In this document: piece after piece, positions 1 through 7,768 of the stretch
How positions within the stretch are numbered: the first letter of the stretch is position 1
Layout: each line of letters starts with the position of its first letter
From: Xylanibacter ruminicola 23
GTDB lineage: Bacteria; Bacteroidota; Bacteroidia; Bacteroidales; Bacteroidaceae
Assembly: GCF_000025925.1 (NCBI RefSeq)
Contig: NC_014033.1
Span: 2,700,001-2,732,000, forward strand
DNA: 32,000 nt
Direction: 5' to 3'
The notes under the pieces: generated by a model
Told to the model about the DNA's origin: nothing
Seen by the model: the letters and a program-made list of their open reading frames with translations, nothing else
The model's database searches: none
Program-made: the position numbers and the translations under genes

Positions 1-1
1 C

Positions 2-124
2 AGCATCCCCGCCGCCTTTGTACAGCTGATGGGCTATGGCTTCGGCTTCATCGAGTCGTGGTGGAAACGCTGCGTACTGAAGCAAGACGAATTTACCGCT
101 TTCGAAAAGAATTTCTACAAATGA
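2..124 (+). CDS. 3-prime end of an unidentified CDS entering from the left edge
   Basis: Frame +2 is open from the window edge (...FVQLMGYGFGFIESWWKRCVLKQDEFTAFEKNFYK*). Its TGA (122-124) overlaps the radC ATG (121-123) as ATGA, a typical coupled junction. No family recognised. Confidence 0.4.
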   Translation, partial: SIPAAFVQLMGYGFGFIESWWKRCVLKQDEFTAFEKNFYK

Positions 125-810
125 ACGAGAAACTGAACATTAATCAGTGGGCCGAAGAGGATCGTCCTCGCGAAAAGATGGCTACGCAGGGTGCCGAGGC
201 ACTGAGCAGCGCAGAGCTATTGGCCATACTGATTGGTTCGGGTTCAACCAAAGAGAGCGCCGTAGATTTAATGAAGCGCATCCTGGCCGACTGCAACAAC
301 AGTCTGAACACCTTAGGCAAGAAATCCATTCACGACCTGTGCCAGTATAATGGCGTGGGCGAGGCCAAGGCCATCACCATCCTGGCAGCCTGCGAACTGG
401 GCAAGCGCCGACAGATGGAAACACCCGAGGAGCGTCCCGATTTAGGCACAGCCACTCGTATCTACAACCACATGCACCCAGTGATGCAGGATTTGGACGT
501 AGAGGAGTTCTGGGTACTGCTGCTTAACCAGCAATACCGACTCATCAAGAAACTGCGTATTGCCCGTGGCGGCATTACCGCAACAACAGTAGATATACGC
601 CTCATCATCCGCGAGGCAGTACTCTGCAACGCCACACAGCTGGTGGCATGTCACAACCACCCATCGGGTGGCATCACACCCAGCAAACAGGATGATGAGT
701 TAACCATCAGCATCATGAATGCCTGCAAGCTGATGGACATCCACTTTGCCGATCACGTCATCGTTACCGATGGCCACTACTACAGCTACCACGAACAAGG
801 AAAATGCTAA
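121..810 (+). CDS. radC: RadC-family (UPF0758) JAB/MPN domain protein
   Basis: Has the N-terminal HhH-like segment (EDRPREKM...LSSAELLAILIGSGS) and the JAMM-type motif LVACHNHPSGG...PSKQD. Start moved to the ATG at 121 (MNEKLNINQW) rather than the ORF-track start at 58. Confidence 0.9.
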   Translation: MNEKLNINQWAEEDRPREKMATQGAEALSSAELLAILIGSGSTKESAVDLMKRILADCNNSLNTLGKKSIHDLCQYNGVGEAKAITILAACELGKRRQMETPEERPDLGTATRIYNHMHPVMQDLDVEEFWVLLLNQQYRLIKKLRIARGGITATTVDIRLIIREAVLCNATQLVACHNHPSGGITPSKQDDELTISIMNACKLMDIHFADHVIVTDGHYYSYHEQGKC

Positions 811-831
811 GATTGATATTCCAACAAAGAA

Positions 832-1524
832 TTACGGGTTATCCTTCGTTGGAATATGATCAACCCTCTCCAAACGGAAACCATAGCCCTTCTTCTTTTT
901 AGTAGGAGGAGTATCCGTGGACTTTGATGAACGCTTACGAGTCGACTTATTTCGGTTCACAGCTTTCGACTGCGGATTTTGCTGAGGCGTAACCTTCGGC
1001 TTTTCCGGCTCTGGTTCTGGCACAGAAACCTCAACTGGCTCAGGTTTAGGTTCCTCAACTATCGCTGGTTCTTCAACAGGTTCTGTAACCTCTTGTTCTG
1101 TTTCTGGTTCAGCAATAGTCTCAGGTTCTGCGACTGGTTCTGATTCCACTATTGTACTATCAGCAACAGCTTTTACCTGATGACCATCGTCATCAATTCC
1201 CATGCATGTACCGAGTCCCCAAAGTAAGGCAATGATGACGACAATACCAACAACCAGTATCAAGCATCCACGTTTTAGAAATTTTCCAAGTCCACCGAAC
1301 AGTGAAACGATGCCTGTACCCAGTGAGATTATTCCAGAGAGTCTTGGGAAAAACCTTGTAAGACTTGGCAATAGGGCGTTAAGTCCCGACAGGGCACTAC
1401 TGTTCCCAGCCTTATGCTTCGAGGTTCCACCTTTAGCTTTTTGTCTACGCTTCGGCTGATAGTTAGGATTGGGTTCAAAGTTGCTTTCCACCCAGAAACC
1501 CTGACCATTTTTATTCTCTTCCAT
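832..1524 (-). CDS. Hypothetical membrane protein with Glu-Pro / Lys-Pro low-complexity rod and basic tail (last gene of cassette A)
   Basis: ATG at 1524 (MEENKNGQGFW); the track start at 1557 is a TTG. Basic N-terminus, a Gly-rich amphipathic segment plus a strong hydrophobic helix (GCLILVVGIVVIIALLWGLG), then EPVAEPETIAEPETEQEVTEPVEEPAIVEEPKPEPVEVSVPEPEPEKPK and a K/R/S-rich tail. Starts 22 nt after the giant A stop. Confidence 0.7.
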   Translation of the reverse strand: MEENKNGQGFWVESNFEPNPNYQPKRRQKAKGGTSKHKAGNSSALSGLNALLPSLTRFFPRLSGIISLGTGIVSLFGGLGKFLKRGCLILVVGIVVIIALLWGLGTCMGIDDDGHQVKAVADSTIVESEPVAEPETIAEPETEQEVTEPVEEPAIVEEPKPEPVEVSVPEPEPEKPKVTPQQNPQSKAVNRNKSTRKRSSKSTDTPPTKKKKGYGFRLERVDHIPTKDNP

Positions 1525-1546
1525 ATAGAATCCTTTGTTTATACGT

Positions 1547-4500
1547 TTACTTTGCAATCTCCCAACTCTTAGCTGTAGTTATCCGCTTCATGCAGGCACC
1601 CATATCGTCAGCGAATTGGTAGAAACTATAGTTCATACTACGGAAAGCTCGCTGTATCTGGTCGATAGAGACCGTCGATCCAGCCTTGAACATATCCTCA
1701 ACCATCTCCACTGCCTCACGCATATGCTGCGGAATCATGCTTGTACCGTTGACTTTATAACGGGCAATATCATAGGGCTTGACGAAGTTGTTGAACTCTT
1801 TGGCCATCTGGCGCAGACCTTCCATATACTCGTTTACGGCCTCGCTCTGCACGAGCAGTCGTTCTGCTTCGTTGGTGATGGTTTCTGCCTCCTGTAGCAA
1901 CTTCTCTGCCGATTGAAAACGGTCATAACCCTTGAAGGTCATGGCATCACCCACCTTGGTTGGGTTAGTGAGTGCCTCACCATGACGACTCTTATCTGCA
2001 AGTTTCTCCCAATCGATGCCGAAACTCTCATTATCATGCAATACGTCTTGGATGACAGTCTGATCCTTACCCTTGGCATACCTGCCATATACCTCAGCAG
2101 ACGATGCAGACGAATCCGCAATCACATTCGATTTCGACGTGAAACGTCGAGTCGTCTCGTAGAAGTTGCGGTTATAGACTTCTACCACCTCTTCATGGGG
2201 CAGATAATGCGTCACATTGTTCTCGTCAACGAAATAATAAGTAATGTCACGGTCCATCGTAATGGTTTTGCCACTAGCCAGCATGTCAGCTTTCGACGAT
2301 GTGGCATTCATCACCTGTATCTTTCTGCCAGGATACTTCTTCGACAACTCCGCAATACTCTTGGCATCAGTAATCTCATAGATATTCTTCAAGGTGCCGT
2401 TCAATTCCTTGCGGACAACATCGTACTTCGAGCTGGCATTCTTCAACATATACATGGCTTGCTTATCGCCTTGTACCTCCAGAATCAGACGGTTCTTCAG
2501 AGCTACATTCGTCCATTCACCATTTTGTTCCGCCATCTCAATGGCAGCTCTCAGGTTCTTCACCTTCTCAGCAGCATTGGCACGTCCTGTCGCCATCGCT
2601 TTGTCGAGGTTCAAATCACCTGGCAAACGTGGCGCATTCTTGGCAGCATTCAGACGCATCTCCGCTACCGAAGAAGCACGACGCGTAGCCTCCAGGCTCT
2701 TCTCCGCCGACTCACGCAACAGCCAACCCTTTAAGGTGTTGTACGGCTTTTCGAAGCCCTTCTTGGCATTCTGTATAGCCTCACGCATACCTTGACGGGT
2801 AAGGTTCTTGGCCTTTATCGTGCTGGCGGCGCCAGTGGCACCCAGCACCATGAATGCACCGTTCTTGATGCCTATCCAGAACATCTTGAGCATGCTGTCG
2901 CCGTTCTTGTCGTAAACATACTCACGAATCTCTTCGGCAAAATCAACGGGCATAAAGATAAGTTCTGAGAGGCCCCAAGAGCCGACACCAGCAACAATAC
3001 GTCCAATAAAACCAATGTCTTTCTCCACCTGTTTTATGGCTTCGAACCACCACTCCAACTCATCCTTAATGCCTAACTCTGGTGGCAGTTCCTCGTCCAC
3101 GCCACCGATGTCACCCATGACCAAACGGGCATACGTGCTTCGGATACGATTAACGTTGCGCTTATCATAACCATAGGTAGCATCATAGCCTTCAATCTGC
3201 ATTTCGGTATATTTCACCAACGGGAACATGCGGTTCAATTGTCCTGTCTGGACGACTGACTCGATGATATGCATCAAGCGGTCGTAGGTATGTTGGTCTT
3301 CCTTCATGAAGGCCTCGGCACTATTCATATCCAGGACTTCACGACGAGGCTGCGATGCCAGACGTATAGCATGAGTACAAGTGTAGATCTTTGGCTCTGG
3401 ATTGTTCGGACCCTGATATTCCACCTTAATAATACACTCGGCATCAATACGGTTAGGCGCATCGAGCACACCCTTCAAACTACGAATGAGGCAGAGGCGT
3501 CCCTCGTCGCATCGGTCGGTCAGTGCTTCCATCTGCAGCCCCAACTTATCCACAAACTCCTGTTTCGACTCGTCCTTAGCCTTCACGGTAAATCCATCCT
3601 TGCGCAATGGAATAGGAGAAATCTTCAGCAGGGTGTTGCGAGAGATATCATAATCATAAAGCGTAAGAATAGCCTGATTCTCCTGCGACATATACTGCTT
3701 GCCACCAGCCTTGATACGTAGTTCCGGACGGGTGCGATGTTTCATCGGATCATACTTTGTGATGTAACAACCTATCTCACCCTTGTCCTTAAACTCCACC
3801 GCCAGGCCCATGTAAAAGCGCAGCACAGGCAATGTACCTTCAAGCTTGGTGCCACGATCGTTCTTTGCCTCCACATGAAGCGTATAGGTGAGGTACTGAC
3901 CTGGGATGCCCTCATCCTTTGCAGGATCTTTCACATTATCGAGAATACGCGCAAAATGATGTTTTTTCTGGTCATCCCAATAAACATCTACGCCATAGTC
4001 TCCTTCGTTTCCTTCACTATCTGTGATGTAGGCTGTTACGCCATTCTCACCCTCAAAGCCAGGAACGAGGAAAGGCAGTTCCAAAACAGACTCATACTGA
4101 GCGGGGATGGTCAGATTCTCCTGTCCGAACTGTATTTCGCCTTTTTCAATGCGGAAGTGAACACGGTTGGTATAAGTACCCCTATCAACAGAAAGGCGGA
4201 ACTTCACGACGCCCTCTTCGGGCGGATTATCATCCTGTGGGGCCGAAACGAAACACGAACGCCAACCATTTACCATACCATCGTCCTCCACTTCAAGGTA
4301 ATTATCAGCAGAAGTAATCTCGATTTGTCGGGTCAGATTCTCATCCACCCATTCGCCTCCCTTGGCAGGATGACGCACGATACAAGCACTAACGCGCTGT
4401 GCAACATCGCCACTTATCAATGTACCATCGAAGTCTTTGTAGAACTTCATCTCCAACTGGTCAGGTTCTTCTTCGTCATCATCTTCCTCGTCGTCATCAT

Positions 4501-5389
4501 TGTCATCCGAGTTGTCCTCGTCTTGTTGGTCTTTAGCGTTTGCTTTCCGTCTCTTTCTGAGTTTATTGATAAGATGAGTCAGGTAACCGATGATACCAGC
4601 ACCGACGGCAATAGGAATGGCTGTTCCCCACGGTCCTTTTTGATCAGGCGCATCCGTATCATCCTCTGCACTGGCTGTTATATCGCCTTCGCTGACTTTT
4701 ACTTCTTCAACTTCTCCAGAAATATAAAGATACTGACCGCTTAGTGCACCATCATATTCGCCCCACTTGTATTCTATTACATCTGGGTTATGATAATCTG
4801 CAAGGGTTGTACCTGTAAGAGGCTTACGCGTCAGCTTATCCCATTTCAGTCCAATATTAACAGAACCATTACTGGTGAAGCCTGCATTGATAAAAAAGCG
4901 GATAATACCAGCAGTTTCGAACCAAGGTTCCTGACTGGCAGACAACACATAGTCTTTTGTTGCTTTATATCCAGTCTCAGTGCCATCAATTTTTACGGCT
5001 ATATCAAAATGAAGGTTTGTAGGGCTAACCGTCACATTGCCGACGGGCAAGAGTGCGAAATGAGGAGAGCCACCATAAGTTGCGCGTTCCACCTTACACT
5101 TTCCTTTAACCGTGATGGCCGGGAGTTTAGCTGTATACACCTCATAATTGGTCTTTCTGGTAACTGTCTGGGCAGGAATGGTTATAATGAATTCATCATT
5201 CGTTGCCCAGAAATGAGCTTTCCCAGAAAAGCCTCCCCATCCCTCTCCGTCATTCACGTTGAACTCCTTCAGTTTGAAGTCCATATCAATCAGGGCTTTC
5301 TTTGAGTCGCCACTAGCCCATGCACCTAAGGGCATCAGGAGTGCCAATGCCGTCAGCAGGGTTTTGAGATATCTCCTAATTTGAGTCAT
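1547..5389 (-). CDS. Giant A: 1280-aa single-pass membrane protein, unknown family (paralogue of 7769-11797)
   Basis: Uninterrupted 3.8-kb ORF with an ATG start. Signal peptide MTQIRRYLKTLLTALALLMPLGAWASG, TM helix AIPIAVGAGIIGYLTHLI, then KLRKRRKANAK and DEDNSDDNDDDEEDDDEEE. About 1000 aa of C-terminal sequence align in many blocks with the second giant. Confidence 0.85.
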   Translation of the reverse strand: MTQIRRYLKTLLTALALLMPLGAWASGDSKKALIDMDFKLKEFNVNDGEGWGGFSGKAHFWATNDEFIITIPAQTVTRKTNYEVYTAKLPAITVKGKCKVERATYGGSPHFALLPVGNVTVSPTNLHFDIAVKIDGTETGYKATKDYVLSASQEPWFETAGIIRFFINAGFTSNGSVNIGLKWDKLTRKPLTGTTLADYHNPDVIEYKWGEYDGALSGQYLYISGEVEEVKVSEGDITASAEDDTDAPDQKGPWGTAIPIAVGAGIIGYLTHLINKLRKRRKANAKDQQDEDNSDDNDDDEEDDDEEEPDQLEMKFYKDFDGTLISGDVAQRVSACIVRHPAKGGEWVDENLTRQIEITSADNYLEVEDDGMVNGWRSCFVSAPQDDNPPEEGVVKFRLSVDRGTYTNRVHFRIEKGEIQFGQENLTIPAQYESVLELPFLVPGFEGENGVTAYITDSEGNEGDYGVDVYWDDQKKHHFARILDNVKDPAKDEGIPGQYLTYTLHVEAKNDRGTKLEGTLPVLRFYMGLAVEFKDKGEIGCYITKYDPMKHRTRPELRIKAGGKQYMSQENQAILTLYDYDISRNTLLKISPIPLRKDGFTVKAKDESKQEFVDKLGLQMEALTDRCDEGRLCLIRSLKGVLDAPNRIDAECIIKVEYQGPNNPEPKIYTCTHAIRLASQPRREVLDMNSAEAFMKEDQHTYDRLMHIIESVVQTGQLNRMFPLVKYTEMQIEGYDATYGYDKRNVNRIRSTYARLVMGDIGGVDEELPPELGIKDELEWWFEAIKQVEKDIGFIGRIVAGVGSWGLSELIFMPVDFAEEIREYVYDKNGDSMLKMFWIGIKNGAFMVLGATGAASTIKAKNLTRQGMREAIQNAKKGFEKPYNTLKGWLLRESAEKSLEATRRASSVAEMRLNAAKNAPRLPGDLNLDKAMATGRANAAEKVKNLRAAIEMAEQNGEWTNVALKNRLILEVQGDKQAMYMLKNASSKYDVVRKELNGTLKNIYEITDAKSIAELSKKYPGRKIQVMNATSSKADMLASGKTITMDRDITYYFVDENNVTHYLPHEEVVEVYNRNFYETTRRFTSKSNVIADSSASSAEVYGRYAKGKDQTVIQDVLHDNESFGIDWEKLADKSRHGEALTNPTKVGDAMTFKGYDRFQSAEKLLQEAETITNEAERLLVQSEAVNEYMEGLRQMAKEFNNFVKPYDIARYKVNGTSMIPQHMREAVEMVEDMFKAGSTVSIDQIQRAFRSMNYSFYQFADDMGACMKRITTAKSWEIAK

Positions 5390-5401
5390 AGCATAACGGT
5401 A

Positions 5402-5848
5402 TTATTCGGTTGCTTTATACATTTTCCATTGACTATGGGGCAATACCAAGAAGAAACCCTGCGTCTGGGTATTCTGTGGTCCCATCTCTCCATGCAATCC
5501 CACTTTCTTTGAACCTTGGGAAATCTGTGCAGGAGTGGCAATGGAGAATTTCAGGACGCCTTTTGTCTCAGCATTCAACTTCTTAACCATATTCTCTGCC
5601 TGCGTCCTTGTAACTTTTGCAGCCTTCGTGACACTGGTACCAGCAGAATGAGCCTTCGAGCCAGTGGCAGCCCAGTATTCATTATAAGTAACGGGGGTAG
5701 TAGTGATAGCATATTGAGTGCCAACAGGTCTCATACGAACAATCAGATTATACAGTGTTTTCTCACGCTGCTCTTCAGACATACCTTGAGCATTCACTGC
5801 TGTAACAATAGCAACAAGTGCTAATAATGTAATAACTAACTTTTTCAT
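5402..5848 (-). CDS. Small secreted protein (signal peptide ending VNAQ), unknown function
   Basis: ATG at 5848 (MKKLVITLLALVAIVTAVNAQ); the track start at 5878 is a TTG inside the upstream gene's end. Its stop lies 12 nt upstream of the giant A start. Confidence 0.7.
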   Translation of the reverse strand: MKKLVITLLALVAIVTAVNAQGMSEEQREKTLYNLIVRMRPVGTQYAITTTPVTYNEYWAATGSKAHSAGTSVTKAAKVTRTQAENMVKKLNAETKGVLKFSIATPAQISQGSKKVGLHGEMGPQNTQTQGFFLVLPHSQWKMYKATE

Positions 5849-5874
5849 AATATTTATAGTTTTATTTGTTAATA

Positions 5875-6417
5875 TCAATCACGTGGTCTTACAATCCAGA
5901 CTGGTTTCTCTGTAGTTTTCAGACTATCAGTTGCCGTTCTGGTAGAATATCTCCAACTATCATACCCCCAATGATAACCTGTGTAATTTGGACGACTAAC
6001 ATTATAAAGGTTGAATGCAACTTTATTCCCATGATCATAGATGTAACCTGAGAATCTGTTGTCGTCCAAGCGATAATCGCTAATCTGAATAGAGGTCCCT
6101 TCCTCGATGAATTTTACATAGATATCACCGAAATCTACTCTCCAGTCAATATGATTGGCCACATAATCCCACGGAGCATCGCTATAGTAATCTACCCAAT
6201 AGCCAGATCCACTCGAATATGCATACGGGTCTTTCAAAAAGGTAACCTCCGTATAAGTGGCATCATAGTATCTTCCATCCCACTCCGACGATATATACAT
6301 GTCACCTTTCCATGTTCCCTCAAGAGTTCTGGCAATTTCTTCATCATCGCATGAGGTGAGTGAGACCGCCATCAGTCCCAGCATTGCCATCAATAATCGA
6401 TTAAACTGTTTCTTCAT
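5875..6417 (-). CDS. Lipoprotein, lipocalin-like-domain type (tentative)
   Basis: Signal peptide plus lipobox (MAVSLTSC). The mature part starts ...LEGTWKGDMY, the GTW motif typical of Bacteroidota lipocalin-like lipoproteins, and is Tyr/Trp/Asp-rich and beta-like. Confidence 0.7.
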   Translation of the reverse strand: MKKQFNRLLMAMLGLMAVSLTSCDDEEIARTLEGTWKGDMYISSEWDGRYYDATYTEVTFLKDPYAYSSGSGYWVDYYSDAPWDYVANHIDWRVDFGDIYVKFIEEGTSIQISDYRLDDNRFSGYIYDHGNKVAFNLYNVSRPNYTGYHWGYDSWRYSTRTATDSLKTTEKPVWIVRPRD

Positions 6418-6442
6418 ATCTTTATAGTTTTTGGTTTGTTAT

Positions 6443-6979
6443 TCACTTGTCTGGCTCAACGGGTGGCTGATTCATGCCATTATGATCGTAGTAAAGCACA
6501 GTACCGCAGAGATCGCAATAGTTCTCGCCTGCAACCCCTTTATTATGGCAACATGCACAATCCAACTCATCACCAACTGCAGCTTTTGCATTATTCTTAC
6601 GGTGAACCGCCGGCACTGCCAAGGCTTTAGACAAGAAATACCACGCAAGCCACACTACCCAGAACGAGCAGAGAATCATACATATCTTCTCATACACACC
6701 TTCGTCATAATTATCTATCATATAAATGACGCTCAGAACGATTACTGCTGTGATGATGCTTCCGATGATGTATTTAAACAGGAAACGAACAAACGTAAAA
6801 TGGAATGGACCCAGACCTACATGGGGCGAGATACGCTTGTTGACGGGGTAGCTAAACTTACTGTGTTTGGCGGTTCCATTATATCGTGCACCACAATGCG
6901 GGCAGAATTTCTTCCCTAAATGAACACGCTTCCCGCAGTGCCAACAGAACATATTTCCATAACCGATGTATTTATGCAT
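6443..6979 (-). CDS. Zinc-ribbon membrane protein (first gene of cassette A)
   Basis: N-terminal CxxC-N10-CxxC (CWHCGKRVHLGKKFCPHCG) with no signal peptide. Two hydrophobic helices (IIGSIITAVIVLSVIYMI; ICMILCSFWVVWLAWYFL). C-terminal second Cys cluster CACCH...CDLCG. TATATTTG -7 box lies 24 nt upstream. Confidence 0.75.
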   Translation of the reverse strand: MHKYIGYGNMFCWHCGKRVHLGKKFCPHCGARYNGTAKHSKFSYPVNKRISPHVGLGPFHFTFVRFLFKYIIGSIITAVIVLSVIYMIDNYDEGVYEKICMILCSFWVVWLAWYFLSKALAVPAVHRKNNAKAAVGDELDCACCHNKGVAGENYCDLCGTVLYYDHNGMNQPPVEPDK

Positions 6980-7002
6980 AATAACTAGGTTTGTTTATTT
7001 CG

Positions 7003-7010
7003 CAAATATA
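7003..7010 (-). promoter_or_regulatory. Bacteroidota -7 promoter box (TATATTTG) for cassette A operon
   Basis: Exact match to TAnnTTTG on the minus strand, 24 nt upstream of the ATG at 6979. Confidence 0.5.
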
Positions 7011-7030
7011 GGGAAAAAGTCTGACTGCGT

Positions 7031-7082
7031 TACTTACAAAAATCGTAAAAAGACTATCAATTCTTGCATTGTAAGTCGTTTT
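7031..7082. repeat. 52-nt promoter-upstream element, copy L1 (degenerate hairpin; homologous to 14771-14822)
   Basis: Ungapped alignment with 14771-14822 gives 41/52 identical positions. It starts exactly 21 nt from the -7 box in both loci. Contains ACTTACAA and GACTATCAA 21 bp apart plus an inverted TTGTAAGTC. Confidence 0.75.
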
Positions 7083-7118
7083 AGCCCCATCATTATTGCT
7101 TTTCTTGGATATTAGCGG

Positions 7119-7126
7119 TAAATTTG
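7119..7126 (+). promoter_or_regulatory. Bacteroidota -7 promoter box (TAAATTTG) for cassette B operon
   Basis: Exact TAnnTTTG, 25 nt upstream of the ATG at 7151. Confidence 0.5.
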
Positions 7127-7150
7127 CGGAATAACTATAGGATTCACGAT

Positions 7151-7747
7151 ATGAATAAGATTTTTTGTTTTGCAACTGTTCTGCTAATGGCTTGCGGTCC
7201 TACCCCATCCCAGCAGATAACTAACGATGCCGCTAATATCGAAGAGGATGCCGTTAAACATCTTCATGCAGTATTAAATAGTGCCAAGGGACACATGATG
7301 AGCGCCACAGAACTGGCTCATCAAGACGGCTATCAAAACAATAGTGTTTTTGTTGTCAATATCCCTACCACGGATGCTGACGAACTTCCATTGTTTGACA
7401 CACCTTACATCGATGATGCAACAGGCAGCACTATCGTCTTCCATCAAGATACTATCAAGGGAGACACCATCTGCCCCATTGGCACAGCCGACCTTCGGAC
7501 AGTTATACATGATTGGGAGCAGCAAGCACCAGATACAACAATAAATTATCGTGTGCATGCTCGAGGTAATGGCCTTTACACCTTTTATAATATCAAGCAC
7601 AAAGGTTGCCATTGCCTGAATCACGACAAGCATCCCGATGGATTCCCAGAGTATGCAGAATGCATCGTCTGGATAAAGCCAGGCAGCAAGGAGCTCCTCA
7701 TTACCTGGGGCTACAAACGCTCAGAGAAAACCTATCATACAAAATAA
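7151..7747 (+). CDS. Lipoprotein, unknown family (paralogue of 12405-12971)
   Basis: ATG at 7151 (MNKIFCFATVLLMAC, lipobox). Shares TGS[TS]IVFHQ and Y.V..RG.GLYT[FL]YN blocks with the 12405-12971 lipoprotein. Confidence 0.8.
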   Translation: MNKIFCFATVLLMACGPTPSQQITNDAANIEEDAVKHLHAVLNSAKGHMMSATELAHQDGYQNNSVFVVNIPTTDADELPLFDTPYIDDATGSTIVFHQDTIKGDTICPIGTADLRTVIHDWEQQAPDTTINYRVHARGNGLYTFYNIKHKGCHCLNHDKHPDGFPEYAECIVWIKPGSKELLITWGYKRSEKTYHTK

Positions 7748-7768
7748 GAACTAAAAACACCTAAGACT

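Noticed and set aside
121-810. RadC/JAB protein as a possible defence- or mobile-element-associated component of the neighbouring locus
   Set aside because: It has the full housekeeping-type RadC architecture (N-terminal HhH-like segment plus JAMM core). It is translationally coupled to an upstream gene and is convergent to, not co-oriented with, cassette A.
2200-2330. NATSS motif in both giants as a possible ADP-ribosyltransferase S-T-S motif
   Set aside because: The required downstream ExE (or QxE) is not conserved between the paralogues (PHEEVVEVY versus DQKLTERIY), and I see no conserved upstream catalytic Arg context. The resemblance is too thin.
1913-4744. Long antisense ORFs inside giant A (1913-2734, 2394-2795, 3269-3721, 3737-4744), with similar ones inside other genes (19054-19734, 29303-30199, 21145-21651, 15901-16422)
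   Set aside because: These are shadow ORFs opposite strongly supported coding frames. Their translations are low-complexity or hydrophobic noise without motifs, promoter boxes or partners.
5402-5848. Faint resemblance of the small secreted protein (VTRTQAENMVKKLNAETKGVLKFSIATPAQ) to the FGE/SUMF1 sulfatase-modifying fold motif (vsW.dA..f..WL...tG..yRLPTeaEW)
   Set aside because: This is a single short stretch in a protein much smaller than an FGE domain, and the key Trp and Glu residues are absent. It cannot be supported without a profile search.
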